Origin: Monocercomonoides exilis PA203
Lineage: Eukaryota > Protista > Preaxostyla
Direction of reading: 5' to 3'
NCBI GenBank assembly: GCA_001643675.2
Contig: LSRY02000001.1
Coordinates: 62,001 to 126,000, forward strand
Length of the DNA: 64,000 nt
The position numbers were made by a program, and so were the translations under genes. The notes beneath the pieces were generated by a model that ran no database searches, had not been told where the DNA came from, and saw only the letters and a list, made by a program, of their open reading frames with translations. Shown piece after piece: positions 1 to 14,300 of the stretch. Numbering within the stretch: the first letter of the stretch is position 1; every line of letters starts with the position of its first letter.

Positions 1-660
1 TTCCAGATATCGTAAGTGTTGAAAGTGTTGCAGCCTTTATCGAATAAGGGGTGAAATGGCTTGGAATTCCTGCTTCCTTTAACGTCTTCTTTGCCAATCG
101 TCTGATTCCTTCCACCGTTAGAGGATGAAATGTTTCGGTATTTGAAAACAATTTCTTTCCATCGGTCTTCTTTTCTGTATCTCCTCCTACAAAACCTGAA
201 CGGCTGAAGCAGGATAGATCGAAGGGTTATTATTCAAAAACAAAACGGCAATCTCTGTTCGATTAAGCGATGTTTTTAGCCTTGTGTCCAAATGTATTCC
301 TTCCTGCTCGAATCTGGATCGTTCCATGTCTACTCTTTCCAACTCTGAAAACATGTTCGCAGTGAATAGCATGGTGAGCACAATGGCTTTCATTGTCAGA
401 TGTTTGAAACTCAATCTCTGGTTTTCTCCAAGTTTAGAAAAATACGTCAATATGGTATTCGGATTCCAATTTTTTAGAACCTTCTTCTTTCTTGTCATCT
501 TTGTTCTTCTAAACCATCTGAACAATATTTTTATTATTGGAATATCCCCCAAATTTGTGTTGAAAACCAAGCTAGTGAAGAATGAAACCGCTGAGCGGAT
601 GAGTTGCAAACATGACAGTTTCATTTCCTTATCTTTAAGTGGAATAAATATTCTGGAACA
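1..660 (-). pseudogene. Tyrosine recombinase domain of the DIRS element (interrupted)
   Basis: ORF 187-624 (WNPNTILTYF..LTMKAIVLTMLFTANMFSEL..PASAV), then a stop, then EAGIPSHFTPYSIKAATLS, resembling the YR box II region. Confidence 0.8.
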
Positions 661-879
661 TTGAGCTGCACACTCGTGAATATCCTCCTAAATAATGCCC
701 ATATCACTTTTTTCCCACTGTTAACCAAATTGTTCGAAGCCGAATAAATATCCGTCCCAATTCGACCGAGAAATTCCTTATTTGCACTCCTTCACCAATA
801 AAACTTGGAATAATCTTTATTCCTATGCCCTTTTCCGCCAGCTCTCTCCTTTTTCCCTGTGGATTGATTAATATTACTC

Positions 880-2740
880 TAAATCTGCCTGGAGGAAGAC
901 ATGCACATATGTTTGTCATTGAAGGCCCCTTTCTCAACACTGTTCTCAGACTCCTCCATTCGAATTTCCGATGAGGCGTCTTCTCCAATAACACATTCCA
1001 GTTCTTCCCCTTCCAGTTCGGCTAGAGAAATACTACTGGTACTCTCTCCTTCTGAACCTTCCGAATCGTCATTAAAATCAGAGGAATTGGGTGGTGTGCC
1101 TGAACGCACTCGTTTTTCCATAAATATGCAAGACCGTCTTCTCACAATGGGCTTCCTATTCCGCACCAACGCTCAAGCTTGTGGTTGTGTTGAGCTGCAA
1201 AGGCGTCCAGTGTTGGAGAAACTTGAAGCACCGCAAGAATCTGAGTAAGTTCTTCGTCTGTAATGCTGTAGTCTCCCGCTCTTTCCAGGCGGAACAAAGA
1301 ATTGGCTCTTGTGTTTATCTATCCGGGGAGATGAACCGCTCTCAGAACAATTTCCAGTTTCTCCTTTAATGTCCATATCCTTTTGAGTGTCGGGCGAAGA
1401 TTCATTCCTGCATTCGATTTGTTCACGTTGAAAACGACTTCCGAAATGTCTGAACGAAATTGGAACTGTGATATCTGACTCACTGATATGACTGGAGCAA
1501 AATGTGATAGAGCAAGTTTTACTTCTTTTTATTCCTTGTTGTTGGATGATTGGTTTTTCACTGCGAAAGGAAAACGACTATTACAATCAAGTGACATTTT
1601 GTTTATTCTGAGGGTTGCTCCCCAGGAGAATTGTAATGCATATGTGGTTGGTCCGTCTTCTGGAATAAACACTTGTGTGAGTCTGCGTCCGGGGTTCTAC
1701 CTCAATGTCCATCTCCATCTTCTTATCTGCAGGAGGATTGACGCATTCAGCCTCATCATTCCATCCCATCCGTTTGTTAAAATTCCTTTCTGCAACAATT
1801 CGAAGATTGATCGGAGGTGCAAAGATGCGTCTGGCAGAATGAAGCATGGAGAGCTGAGCTTTCCCACGAATGATGCGAAGTCCTTCACTCTGACAGTCTT
1901 CGCTCTTATACACCTTCTCTCCCACTTGTGACACAGCTCTCGCAATGACTTTTTTCTTTCCTCCGTTAGGCACACATCGAAGCTGGTTGTGTTTCATTCG
2001 ATTTTCAGGAAGCTGAACTGCATGCTCGGGATGAGGCTGCATTTTTTTTTGTTGATTGGAAGACCAAGGCCTTCAAAAAACACGATAATTTCCTGAATTA
2101 TTATCTTTAAATCTGGTTGATCTTGATGTGGGAAAATAAGATCGTCTCAATAGATGACGACTCTGACATTCCATCTTCTTCTTGTCTCCGCTGCAACCTT
2201 CCTCATTATGTGTGTGAACAGGCGCGGTGCATCTACAAAGCCGAAAGGTATGCCTTTGAAGGAGTTGTCTTTTCCCATGAATCTGAATACAAGATAGGGC
2301 ATTAGTTCTTTTGAAACTGGAATTTAATGATAAGCTTGTTTCAAGTTTAGGGATACGGAGTAATCTTTCCGTCTTATCAGTCGTTCCACTGTTTTCTCTC
2401 CATCGTTCTTGAAATGTGTTCTTTTCGCCACTGCATTTTGTTTCCGACAATAAAAAATTTGTCTTTCGCTGCCTGACTTCTTTTGAATGAGAAATACATT
2501 GTTTCTATGTTTTTCATCCTTCTGCTCCATTGAGATAACAACTGCTGTTCGTATCTGTTTTTCTAACATCTTCTTGAATTCCTGGATCTTTTGTTGGTTG
2601 AGAAGCAACGCTCCATCTATGAACTGTGCTTGGCTGAGAGATTTTCTGGCTTGGTTGCTCTTCCACATGGCCTGCACTCCTTTGCACATCAATTTCTCTC
2701 CTCCGATTCGCTTCCATGCCGAGATAAACAAAGCGGTTAC
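880..2740 (-). pseudogene. pol (reverse transcriptase, RNase H, methyltransferase-like) of the DIRS element
   Basis: Fragments in ORFs 2324-2731 and 1697-1975 and in unlisted frames. The catalytic YxDD reads TAT TGA GAC GAT. Confidence 0.85.
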
Positions 2741-4122
2741 CCCTCCTATCTGCCTCCTCTACTATGTTTCCTTGTGAACTGGACTTAAAACTGTTGACTC
2801 CCTTTTGGTCTCCTGCTCCAACTGCTTTGGTTCTTCCTTCTTCCAAATTGATGTCTTCTTGAAATGGCTGAGGACCGGGGTGATATCCGAAAAAACCGCG
2901 GGTTAGGACGAGGAAGGGGATAACTTCATCTTCTTTGAAGTGAATCTGGTTGTTATCAAACAGGGTTCTGAACTCGCGTAATAGGAAGTGTTGGTATTTG
3001 GAAGTCTCTTTCAAGTTTGGCTTCTTGCCTTGTATCTTTGAGAAACAAATCCTGTCTTTTCGTGAGGATTCCTGCAGAAGTGTCTGTTCTCATCGCTGTG
3101 GCAGCCCTGAAACAAAACCTACCTTGAATTCGAATAGTTCGTGCCTCTTGAAGAGCTTTGGTAACTATAATAATGATGTCAGCCAAACTTTGTTCTTCCC
3201 CTTCCTTAGAAGTCGGTATCTCAGCAAAGCCTATGAGCTCAGCCTTTGTAGTTTGGAAAAGAAAAATCTCCACCTTGCAACAAGCCTGATCAAACACATC
3301 GTTAATCCAGTTTTCTGTTCTCTAAGCAGCTGGTGGTTCCAGAGATAACAACGGGATAAAATCCTGTGTTGCAAACTCCTCAACTTCATCTTTAACGGAT
3401 CTTGATGAAAGCCTTAGATAAAAACTTGAAAAATTTGGTGCCTGTCCAAAAATGTCCTCAAACTCCTGATGAATACGTTGGGATATGTCTAAGCCATCTT
3501 CATTTTCCTTTCTGTCAGCTGAAGGGGTCGCCTCCTGTGTTAAACTTTATGATGAAGAAGGAGAAAAAAATTGAAGAGGAAGAAAAGGTGTTCGGTTTAG
3601 ATAATTTCCCTGGTTGCCTTTGCGCCACACTGTGCTGCATTGCAGCTTCAGCCGACGGCGTAAGTCCAACAATAGGAGGGTATTGTGAAGCAGACAACAT
3701 TGATCAAATGTAGCGACTGACCCATTGATTGTGGCGACTCTCAAACAAGAGAAAGAATGTGTGAAACACTTTTTTGATGATTAATGTGTCTTTGCACTAT
3801 AATTTAAAAAACAAAGTGAGCTATCAAAAATCATAAGTGCATATTTAGTTGTTCTTATTTCCATATGTGTTGATAAATAAATGTATTATCATATTTTAAC
3901 TTTATAATAGTTAAATATTTGGGGTGAACATTTAGCAGTTTATGAAATACACAACAGTTTGTTCCAAATTTTTTCTCCACCGAGATCATGTGTAGAATAA
4001 CATTAGCATGCACCACAATAAAGAAAATTAGAAAAAATCGAAACAATTTCAGAATAAATTGATAAAAATAATTTTCTCATATCAAAAGTTTTCGTTCCAT
4101 TTTCGTTTAATTATTAACAAAT

Positions 4123-4424
4123 GGGTGATTCTTTTGAAAAGTTCCGTTTGTATAATTTTCAGGTAATATTGAAAATTAAATATTTTCATTAGAATTTTAT
4201 TCAAACTCACCAACTTTCAATAGTTTGAAAAATTTTTCATTGTCAAGATTTTGATTTCATAATAGCGAAATTTGGTGAGTGGGAGAAGAAAATTGGTGAA
4301 AATATAAAATTGTTATAATATTTGTAAATTAAACAAAAGGAACTTTTCACAAAAAATTTAGACATATGAAATTTTTAATTTATTTGAAAATTAAACATTT
4401 GTGACTTTTCAAAAAGAATCACCC
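4123..4424. mobile_element. MITE-like element with GGGTGATT terminal inverted repeats and a 4-bp flanking duplication (AAAT)
   Basis: GGGTGATTCTTTTGAAAAGT at 4123 versus ACTTTTCAAAAAGAATCACCC ending at 4424. Internal inverted pairs at 4136-4161/4323-4348 and ACTCACCAA/TTGGTGAGT. AAAT flanks both sides. Confidence 0.7.
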
Positions 4425-5372
4425 AAATGGATAAGACAAGAACTTTATTAAAAATCTCAAACATAATGGAAGAGATCTGAATAATAATAATGAAAAGATG
4501 AATAAAGGATTTAATGGAAAAAAAAATTTCGAACGCAAAATTCTTGCCTTTTGAATATCTGTATGTTTTGCTTGAGTGATTACAAATTGTTTTGAATCAC
4601 AGTCTATTTCAGAATCTCTGGATATGAAGTCAATTCATCTAATGTATCTATTTTTCTATTTCTGAAAGAAAAACGAGGGGAGCATCGTTTTCTCTTTGTG
4701 ACAGAGCTATCTGAAGCGAGACTTTTTCGAAAATTTGGCAACCGAAATAGACCGGAGATCTCATAACATAAAATATGTCAAAAGTTTTTGTGAACATTTT
4801 TGGAAGTGGAAAGTGGTTTAAGGTTAAGGTTGGTGATAATGTGATTTATTATTCACGCACAACGAAACATGTATTCGAACAGAACCTGGGACTTGGAAAT
4901 GAATTGATTATTGAAATATCGTCTTGAGAAGAATATATTAAGAGAGCAAGAATAGAGAGTATATGTTGAAAGAGTATTTGATTGAAATGAAAAATAACAA
5001 AGCTCAACATCTATCAAGAAGAAAGAGGATAACTAACAATCGAAGGGGAAATGTTATCAGTATTCTGTGCAAAGAAAAACATTTCTTCGAAAATGAATAT
5101 AATTGTTACGGAAATGAAAAGTATTATTATTATAATAATTATTATTATTAAATATTTTTAAGAGTTTTTGAGTTTTTGAAAAAAAAGATCTATTTTCTTG
5201 ATTGATGATTGTTGTACTTGTTTTTAGCATTATTTAAGATTATTTGGAAAAAGAAAGATAATAAAAATTTTTTGATGAATATTTGAAGAATAATATGGGT
5301 CATGGTGATAATAAGAATTTTTCCTGCGCATTCTTGCTTGCAGCTCAGAGCAAATAGCACTTCAGCAGAATA

Positions 5373-8300
5373 ATGAACATAGTGTTTGTGATAATTGCAA
5401 GAATTCTTGCAGTCAGCGAAGTTAAAGAAGTACAAGGGAAGGAAATATGTGGTTTGGATGAAAAAACTGTGTTCCAACTGCCAGGAAGCAGGAATGATTG
5501 TTGTGCACAAGGAAACAAACAGCGCAGCACGATTCTATCGACATTTGTTGCAATGAATTGCTCGCTTAACACAGCAAATGTGCTGCAGATTCAGTTGGAA
5601 GGAAAAGCTTGCTTTTTCGTTTGTGAGAGGTCAATACTTAACATGAGAGGATGCGTGATTTCAGTCTCATCAAATGTGAGACCATTTGCGATGGATGGAG
5701 GAAGTATCAATTCGGTGAATCTCTCTCTTTCCACTGTGAATCCGTTTGAACATATTCCGCAACTTTTTAGCTCATCCGTGCAGAAGGCTTCCAGCAATGT
5801 GATTTGTGACGTTTCTCTCTCTGACTCGTCATTTTCATCATTTAAACTATCGTCTGTTCCGTTTCTTTCACCGAATATTAGCTGTTTGGTGAAAGTCTCT
5901 CATCTGAAGATGGCAAACATTTCTGTTGCTTATGGGGCGCAAAGAGAATTGGATCTGAGAGTAAATACGGAAACAATGATTGAAGGTTGCATATTCTGCA
6001 AAGTGAGTGATGTTATTTATGGAGGAATTGTGAAATCGATGAACACCCCAAGCATATCGCTAACTGTGTTGAATTCCTCATTTGAATGCTGCTCTCGATT
6101 GAAAAATGTGAACGAATCACACAATCATAACATGACAAAACAGACTCTGGAAGAAAATGACACGCATGCATTTTCTGATTGCGAATGGCATAATCCAGGT
6201 TTCTCACCTGCCGGAAGTGCGATTTATTTGAATGGAAGTTCGACCCTTGAATGTGTAAGATGTTCTTTTATTAATATGAGTTGCAACAACGATGGAGCTG
6301 TTTGCATTCATTCTGCAACATATGTAAAATTGTCATGTTGCAGCTTTGTTCATTGCGTTGCTAATAGCAATACAGGTGGGATGATAATGTACTATTTAAA
6401 AGGTGATTATAATATATCTGAATGTTCTTTTTTCGAATGCAGGTGCATAAATGCATATTCAGGTGGATTACGTATTTTTCATCCACTTGGAAAAACGAAT
6501 TCAACAATTGAAAAATGTAAATTTATTTTCAATCAAGCCGCATCCTATGGTGGAGGGTTATATATAGAGCAACAACAGAGCCCTTATTTAATCTCAGAAT
6601 GCGAATTTGAAGGGAACAAGGCAAATGGAGCAGGATCGGGAAATTTTGAAGGAGGCGGTGGAGGTATTTTCATGAGAACATCAAGTTGGATGGAGACTGA
6701 TTCAACTCCAGAGAGAATATCATTTTGCTTTTTCACAGGAAACAAGGCAAGAAACGAAGAGGGACATGATGTTAAAATAAAAAATGAATATCTGAAAGGC
6801 TCACCATTTGAGTCATCGTTCTCAACAACCCCCTCAAATAGAGTGTTTTATAATAACAGTCAAACAAATTACGATGAATGGCTCCCAACGGTTCGAACAA
6901 CATATACAAGTGCAACCGGTGTTGAAGGACCTGTTTGTGGTCTTTCTGAAAGCAGTCCATGCAACAGGATTGAACAGGCATTTAACATGATTGAGAAAGG
7001 AGCAGAGGGAACAGTAAATATCCTTCGATCTTCGTACTCTTCAACGGCTCTATTCATTGGAGGGGGAGATATTTCATTCAAAGGCGAAAGCGAAAGCGAG
7101 TGTGTCATTTCCACAAAATTGCTGAATTCACATGAGTGTTTGTTCACATTGGATTCGGGATCGATGGGATTGTCTTTGGTGACTATTCAACACAACAGCG
7201 AAGAATCATCTTCTTCGTTGTTTGTGATGCACACAGGAGAACAGTTACTGACACTGAAGAACGTGATCATATCAGGGGCAGAAGATGGGCAGACTCACAC
7301 ATTTGATGTTTCACCATTCAAAGTTGTTTTTGAGAAAACAAAGATGGAAAACTGTTTGATTGAGGATATTGGTCTGAGAGATTGCTCTTTGTTAGAGGAA
7401 GAGGAGGAAAGTGGAGTTGGGAGAGGGATGCTAGGTAATATGACGATGCAAAGGATCAGTCGGATGAGAGGGGATGGGGTGATATTCAACACTGAAAGCG
7501 AGAGAAGCGATTCATGGGAGCTGGAGAACACCACGTTCAGAAACTGTGTGAGCAAGGAAGGGAATGGAGGGAGCATTGCTTGGAGAGTGGATGAAAGTGG
7601 GATATTCAAGATTGGCAGAGGAAATGTTGTAACAATGATTGGAGATTGTGGGGCAGAGAAGGGAAGAGGAGAGGAGGAGGGAAGAGGAGGAGGGGTGTAT
7701 TTGGAGCTATCATCCCCATCAAGTGTGTTTGAGATTGTGAATGTGGGATTTGAAAATAATCATGCAAAACATGGAGTGAATGTGTTTATTGCTTCAAATC
7801 AGCTGGAGCATATACCAAAAGAGAGGTTTGGATTTGTTTCTCATTTGAAAGAAGATGTGCATGAAGTGGAAGGGGCAGGAGATACTAGCAATGCAACACT
7901 AGTGATTCCGATTGTGTGCTATCTTCTTGATGTTCCGAGAAGTGAGATCTATGTTTCAGCTTCAGGAGCTGATCATCCTCAATGTGGACACACATTTTTC
8001 GAGTGCCGAACACTGAATTGTCCGATTGAGAGGGAAGAGAACACACCAGCAGATGGAACAACAACAGCGACAATCAAAGTCGGAAATGGAATTGAGGTTG
8101 GTTCGACAGTAGTCTTTTCGAAAATAGCAAGGGTGATAGAAGGAACAGGGGATGATGGATCTCTTGTTGTTAAAGGTGATGCAAGTTGCAAAGGTGATGA
8201 GGATGGATGCTTTGGGGTGTTTGTGGTGTTGAAGGAAACAAGGATGAATAAGATCGAGCTGGTGGTTCCATCTGTTCTTGAGTATCATGAGGCGATATTC

Positions 8301-11300
8301 CAGTTGAAAGGAGAAACACTGAACTTGAGTGAATGTGTTATCACATTTGGAGCAGAAGTGAATTTTGTCGAATACAGCTTGATCATTGTGGAGTGTGGAG
8401 AGGCGAATGTGACTTCACTGAGATTGGATTCAATGAGATTTGAAAAGCCTGCGATTATAGTGAACGGGGGATTATCATCTGTGGCGTTGAAAAATGTGGA
8501 GCTGAATGATATGACCTTTGAAGGAGAAATGGGATTTGTTGTTTGCAAGGGAGGAAGCACACTCACAGCTGAAAGTGTGATTGTCAGTGGGTGCGAAATA
8601 GGAGGAAGCAGCTTGATTTTAGCAGGGAACAGCTGTATTGTTCGAATGAGGGAGTCTTCGTGGAGCTCATGCAATTTTGTTGATTCAGGGGTGATAAGAT
8701 GGAGTGAAGCAAAGGAGATATCGATTTGGGGATGCAATGGGAGTAATGTACGAGTGAGTGAAGGAGATGGAGGGATGGTGAGCGGAGTGGTTGGGGAGGG
8801 AGGCATGGTGGATGTGTGGAACACGAGCGTTGAGGGGTGTGTGGCAGAGAAAGGGAATGGAGGAGGGATGAGGATAGAAATGAAAGGGAATGCACAATTG
8901 AAGATCAGGAGCGAAACAGAAAGCACACTGATGAAAATATGCACAGCAGGAATAGAAGGAACTTTGAATGGAGGAGGGTGCGGAGGAGGGTTGTGGCTGG
9001 GGATAGAAGGAGAGAGATGCGGTTTTGATCTCAGTGGAGTGAAGTTTGAAGGGAATAGAGCAAGGAGTGGGAGGGATGTGTATGTTGTGTGTGATGATTT
9101 GAGGAGGGTTGTGAATGGAAGCAGTTTTGCATTCAGTGGAGAGATGAGTGAGAAAGAGAATTCACTGATGGGGAAGGATAAGTTGAAGTTTGTGAATGAG
9201 GTTGATTTGTTCATATTCATTGATGGATACAGCTCGTCGATCATCGAAGTGGAGAGTGAAAATGGAGACAATGGAATATGGGTGGGATGCAGAATTGTCC
9301 GTGTGGGAGTGTGGATTATGGTATTGGGAGGCTTGGTGGAGAGGGAGAAAAGAGAATTGTGATAAGAGGGAGCACAAGTGTTGAGAAGGTGACAGATGTG
9401 AGTGGAGTGAGGATTGAAGGGAAAGACAACAAGAAAAAGAAGGTAGTTGTGGAGAAAGGAATTGAAGGAGAAGGGGAAAGTGTTCTTGATTCGAAAGGAG
9501 TGAGTGTGTTTGTGAATGTTGGGTTTGAATTGCCTGGATCATTTGAACAGAGGAGAGAAGTGGTGATAAGCTCAGGAGCAGCAAATGGTGTTTTGGAGAT
9601 GGAATTGTGTTCGTTTGGGATGCAGGAAGGGGATGAAGTGGCAATAGAATATAGAATCATCAGAAGCACTGGACAAGCTGTGATGATGAAGTGGATATCA
9701 ATAAATAATATCAGGACAAGAAAGTGCCTGATGGATCTTGCTGTTTTTGGAGCTGAGCGGAATGGGGCAGAGAATGAAGTTGTGAGCATCAGCAACTGCT
9801 CGTTTGGGAGCCTGTCAGTTGTTGGTGCAGATGAATCAGCTGTGATTTGTGCCGAGGTGAGGAGAGTGATGAAGATAGAACAGAGCAATATGAGTGGCAT
9901 CACAGCTGATGAATGCTTGAATGGTGGGGCAGTGAGGGTGAATAACCTTGATTCAGGAATGATTTGTGTGAAGGAGGGGATGATGGAGAAATGTTTGGGA
10001 GAGAAGGCGAGTGGTGGGAAAGGAGGATGGATGCATGTGAACTGCAGTGAAAGGAGGGGAGGAATTCCATTCAAGTTTGAGAGAGTGAAATTTGATGGGA
10101 ATGATGCATTTTTTGGGAAGAACATGTTCATTTTGGATTCAGATCTGAATGTGACAGCGAGGAGTGAGACATTTGCGATTGATGTTGAAGGGATGGAAAA
10201 CGATCCGAATCTGTTTGTTGGAAGTGATGAGAAGCGGATCAACACAGATCTGTTGAGATTTATCATCGAATACAGGAGTGAGAGGATTGTGGTGTGGGAA
10301 AGGGGAGATGATGTTGTTCGATGTGGGAGTGAAGAGGATCCGTGTGAGACATTGGAGATGGGATTGAAACATATTGAGAGAGGAAAAGAGAGAAAAGTGG
10401 TGAGGGTGAAGGAAAAGATAAGAGTGGAAGAGGAACATGATTTGAGCGGGATTGAGGTGGAATCTGTGGGAGCAGGATATGATGAGATGGAATATGGAAC
10501 AGTTGTGATGGGGAGTGAAGGAGAAAGTGGAACAAAAGTGTGTCTTAGCAACAGTGGAGCATTCACTCTGAAAGCACTGGAGATGTGTGTGATGAATGTA
10601 AAGGGAAGTGTGGAAGCAGGGATGATTATGAGTGAGGGAGAGAGAATTGAATGGGAAGACTGTTCGATCTCATGGAAGGGAAAGAGAGAAGGAATGGGGA
10701 ATATTGCATTTTGTGTTGTGAAGAAAGGGGAGCTGGAGATGAAGAAGTTAAAAGTGCTTTCGTATTTTGGGAAGGGAAGTGTATTTGTAGTGGGAGGAGA
10801 AGTTGTGAGTGTGATAGATGAATTCACAGTCACAGAAGCCACATTGGAGAGTGGAAGTTTGTTTGAAATTGAAGGAGAGGGAGCAAATGGAGGAGGTGAG
10901 ATGAGGATGAAGAATTGCAGTTTCGGATCAGTTGATGGGGAAGGAACAGATCCGAGTGTTATTTTGAGCAAGAGTGGAAGTGAAGTGAAGCTTGTTGTTG
11001 AAAATTCACTGTTTGAAGGATGCAGCAGTGGGAGAAGCACAAAGGGAGGTGCGATGCTGTTTGAGTTGAATGAAGGAGGATTGTTCCATGTTGTGAATAC
11101 AAGTGTGAAGCAGTGTGGATGCTCTGTGAGCGAAGGGAAAGGAGGCGGGGTGTATCTGAAGACTGAATTGAGGGGAGAGCTGGATTATGTGTTTGATAGG
11201 GTGATATTCCGAAGGAATACAGCAAGCATCGGGAATGATGTGTTTATTGTGTGTGACTGCATCGAGAGGCAGATCAATGAAACACAGTTCAACATCGACT

Positions 11301-14300
11301 TCCGGAATAAAGAGTTCATCGAACAAAATGCAATCTATGGGATGGATGCTGGAGAGCACAAAGAGGAGGCGATGGACTTGATGAGTCTGATTGTGAAATA
11401 CCAATCAGACACGATTGTTGTGTCGAGCAAAGAAGGGAAAGGAGGGAGGAATGAACAGCAATGTGGAAAGCCTTTGCTTCCTTGTGCAACAATTGGGTTT
11501 GGGCTGAGGCATCTGACACATGATTTCTTCAGCCAGGTGTTTGTCGATGAAGAATCTGTAATTGATGAGGAAATTGGATTGGACACGCTCACATTGAGTG
11601 GGATGCATGAAGTTCAGAGTCGAGTGGTTGTGAAAGGGAGAATGAACTGTAGCAAAGAAATGATTGTGGAAACAAGTGGGCAGGTGTATGTGAGATGGAT
11701 TCAATTTTCATTTGAAGAAGTGGAATCAACACCGACTCCACTTCCAACGACTCATTCATCATTCATGAAGATTTGTTCGGGGAAGACGTCGATCAGCATG
11801 TGTTCGTTTGAGGGAGTGAGCTCGGCCGGGGAGGAAATGGCAGAAGTGCCATTCTGCCTGATATTTGTGGAGAGAGGGAAATGCTCAATGGGGAATGTGA
11901 GTGTTATGTGGCTTTCATTTTTGAGTGAAGCAGTGATGGTGATGGAAGAGGATTGTGAAGTGAGTGGGATGGCACTGAGAAATGTTGAGGGAAGCAAAGA
12001 CTGTTTGAAGATCGGTGGAGGTGGGAGTGTGAAGATGGAAAAAGTGGAAGCAGGAAATGTGAGGATGGAAGACGGATGGGTCATAAGAGCAAATGGAAAG
12101 GAAGAAGGGAGACACAACAGAGAGGAAGGAGAGTTTTCATTTTCGATTTTGTCATCTTCATTTGAGAACATCACGTGTGTGGATGAGCGTGCAGGAGCAA
12201 TTGAAGTGGAGGGGATGGAAGGAAATGCAGAGTTTTCGAACTGCTCTTTTTGTGGGTGTTCATCGAGAAGAGAGAAGGGGAAGATGATTTCGCTTTTGGT
12301 GTGCAAAAGAATTCAGATGAGGCAGTGCTTGTTTGATGGGAAGGCAAATAAAAAGGATTTGAATGAGGAAGTGGTTGATGTGTGCAAATGGAATGGGTCA
12401 GTTGTTGAGGTGAAGGAGAGCGCGGGGGAGATGAAGGATACCAGTTTTGTGAGCTGTTCGGGTGGAGGTCTTTCTGTATGCGAAGGAAGGATGAAGATTG
12501 AAGATGGTAAGTTTGAGAACAACAATCCTTCGATTGAAAGATATCCATCTGCCAGACGAAACATTCTCTGTTCAGACACAGGACCATTGAATGTGATGAG
12601 TTTGAAAGGAGGAGACGGATGGGAAAGAAACACATCCTTGTGGATTCTGGATGAAGGATGTGAACTGGATGGGATTGTCTCTGAGAGAGCATCCACTCTG
12701 TTCGTTCCAGTTGTGGAAGAGGCGATGAATGAGACAACATCCGATGGTAGAACAAGCATCTCACTGACTGGGAAACTTCTTCTTCCATGCAATGTATCGC
12801 TTCGTTTGAGCTTCAGGAATGGAAAGGAAGAAGTGGTCGAGATCTATGGAATTGGTGAAAGGGAAAGTGTATCAGAGAAAGAGATGGTTGCTGTTGTTTC
12901 ATCTGCTCAGATGACAGCGGTGGGAGCTGAGACAGAAGTATCTGTGAGTCTTCTGTTTGGAAAGATTGATTCGCCATCATCAACAGAATCATTTATTCTG
13001 AAGAACAAAAGTGAAAGTCAGGCAAATGGAGATGAAAAACTTGTTGAAGGAGGAAAAGAAGGAAAATCTTATTGGTTGTTGATTGTGATTGTGCTTGTTG
13101 CGATATTATTTATCGTGTTAATTGGCTTTATTATTTTTGTTGTTCGATGGAGAAAGCAAAAGAGAAGAACTGAAGAACTGGAAGAGATTGTGAATGACAA
13201 CATCAAAAAGGATCCGAAGGCATTCGAGATGGTGACGATGGAGATGTCTCCCGAGGAGCAGTGGAGGAGGGCAGAGAGGGAGGCTGAGAAGAAGAATGAA
13301 GAGAGGTTCAAGAAGAGGGTGTATGAGAAAAGCTTGGGACACTCAGAGTCATCTGAGCATCTTCTTTCTGAGAGTGGTTCCACTGAATACATTCTGGGGA
13401 AAGATTCAGACAAGATCCCAGATTGGGCATTGGAAAAGGTTGAAGAAGAAGAGATTCGAAAGAGATCACCTTCACCATCCATTTCATCCACTTCAACAAC
13501 AGACTCAGATTCAACATTTGTTCGAAGGGAGGAATTGTGTCCAACCACCTCATCGATGTCGAATCTCGTGGATGCAATGGCATGCTCGTCTCCTCATGAG
13601 AAGCTGATTGTGGATCTGAGGGATTCGCTGTTCATGCTGCTGCACGGAAAGAATGAGAAGAAAGAGATGGCCATTGGGAGCTTGAAGGAAAGAGAGCAAA
13701 CAGCTGCTCAAATCCTGTTCTGGGTGGCTGGCGGCGCACTCTTCTCCTTCGAAGACGGGGAGGACGATCTTCCCTCTCTGCCAAACCTCAGCCCCCACAT
13801 CGTGCTGTTCTCCGAGCACATGGTCATCTGCATCGCCCTCCATTCAGATTTCTCTTCTGAAGACTCCGACACATCCTCCATCTCTTCTTCAACCGTTGTC
13901 ACATCTGCAAGCGATGATGATGATGATGGCAGAAACGATAGAGACTCTCTGCCCTCATCTGCATTTGAGGAAGAAGATAGCTTCAAAAAGAGTGTTTGAG
14001 GTGGAAGGCGCCTGAGCTCCTGATCAACAAGAAGATGGGGGCAACACAGAAGTCCGTGGCATTCTCCATCGGGATGATGCTGTGGGAGTGTGTGACGCTC
14101 CAGATCCCGTTTGGCGAGTACGAGGCCGAGACTGCCGGCCAGAAGATAGCAAATGGCGAAAAGCCAGATCTGGGCGCGGCAGGCTGCTCCGCCTTCGCCC
14201 AAACCATCAACGCCTGCCTTTCCCAAAATCCAGATGCCCGCCCCAGCCCTGCCCAGCTCCAGCGCCAGTTCATCCAGCACTTTCCCGGTGGCGCTCCCAG

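Larger units (their letters stand above)
1..3750 (-). mobile_element. Degenerate DIRS-type (tyrosine recombinase) retrotransposon, truncated by the window edge
   Basis: Minus-strand order is gag-like, RT, RNase H, methyltransferase-like, YR. RT motifs: SLNLKQAYH, IPFGFVDAPRLFT, VIY*DDL (2141-2152). RNase H end: VHLPG*INTRANSLFR. MT-like: LDAFAAQHNHK..W..HHPIPLI..PNWKG. YR: LKEAGIPSHFTPYSIKAATLS (1-100). Many stops and frameshifts. The 5' boundary is approximate. Confidence 0.9.

Noticed and set aside
4430-5150. Possible decayed coding sequence next to the MITE
   Set aside because: No motif or sustained reading frame could be identified.
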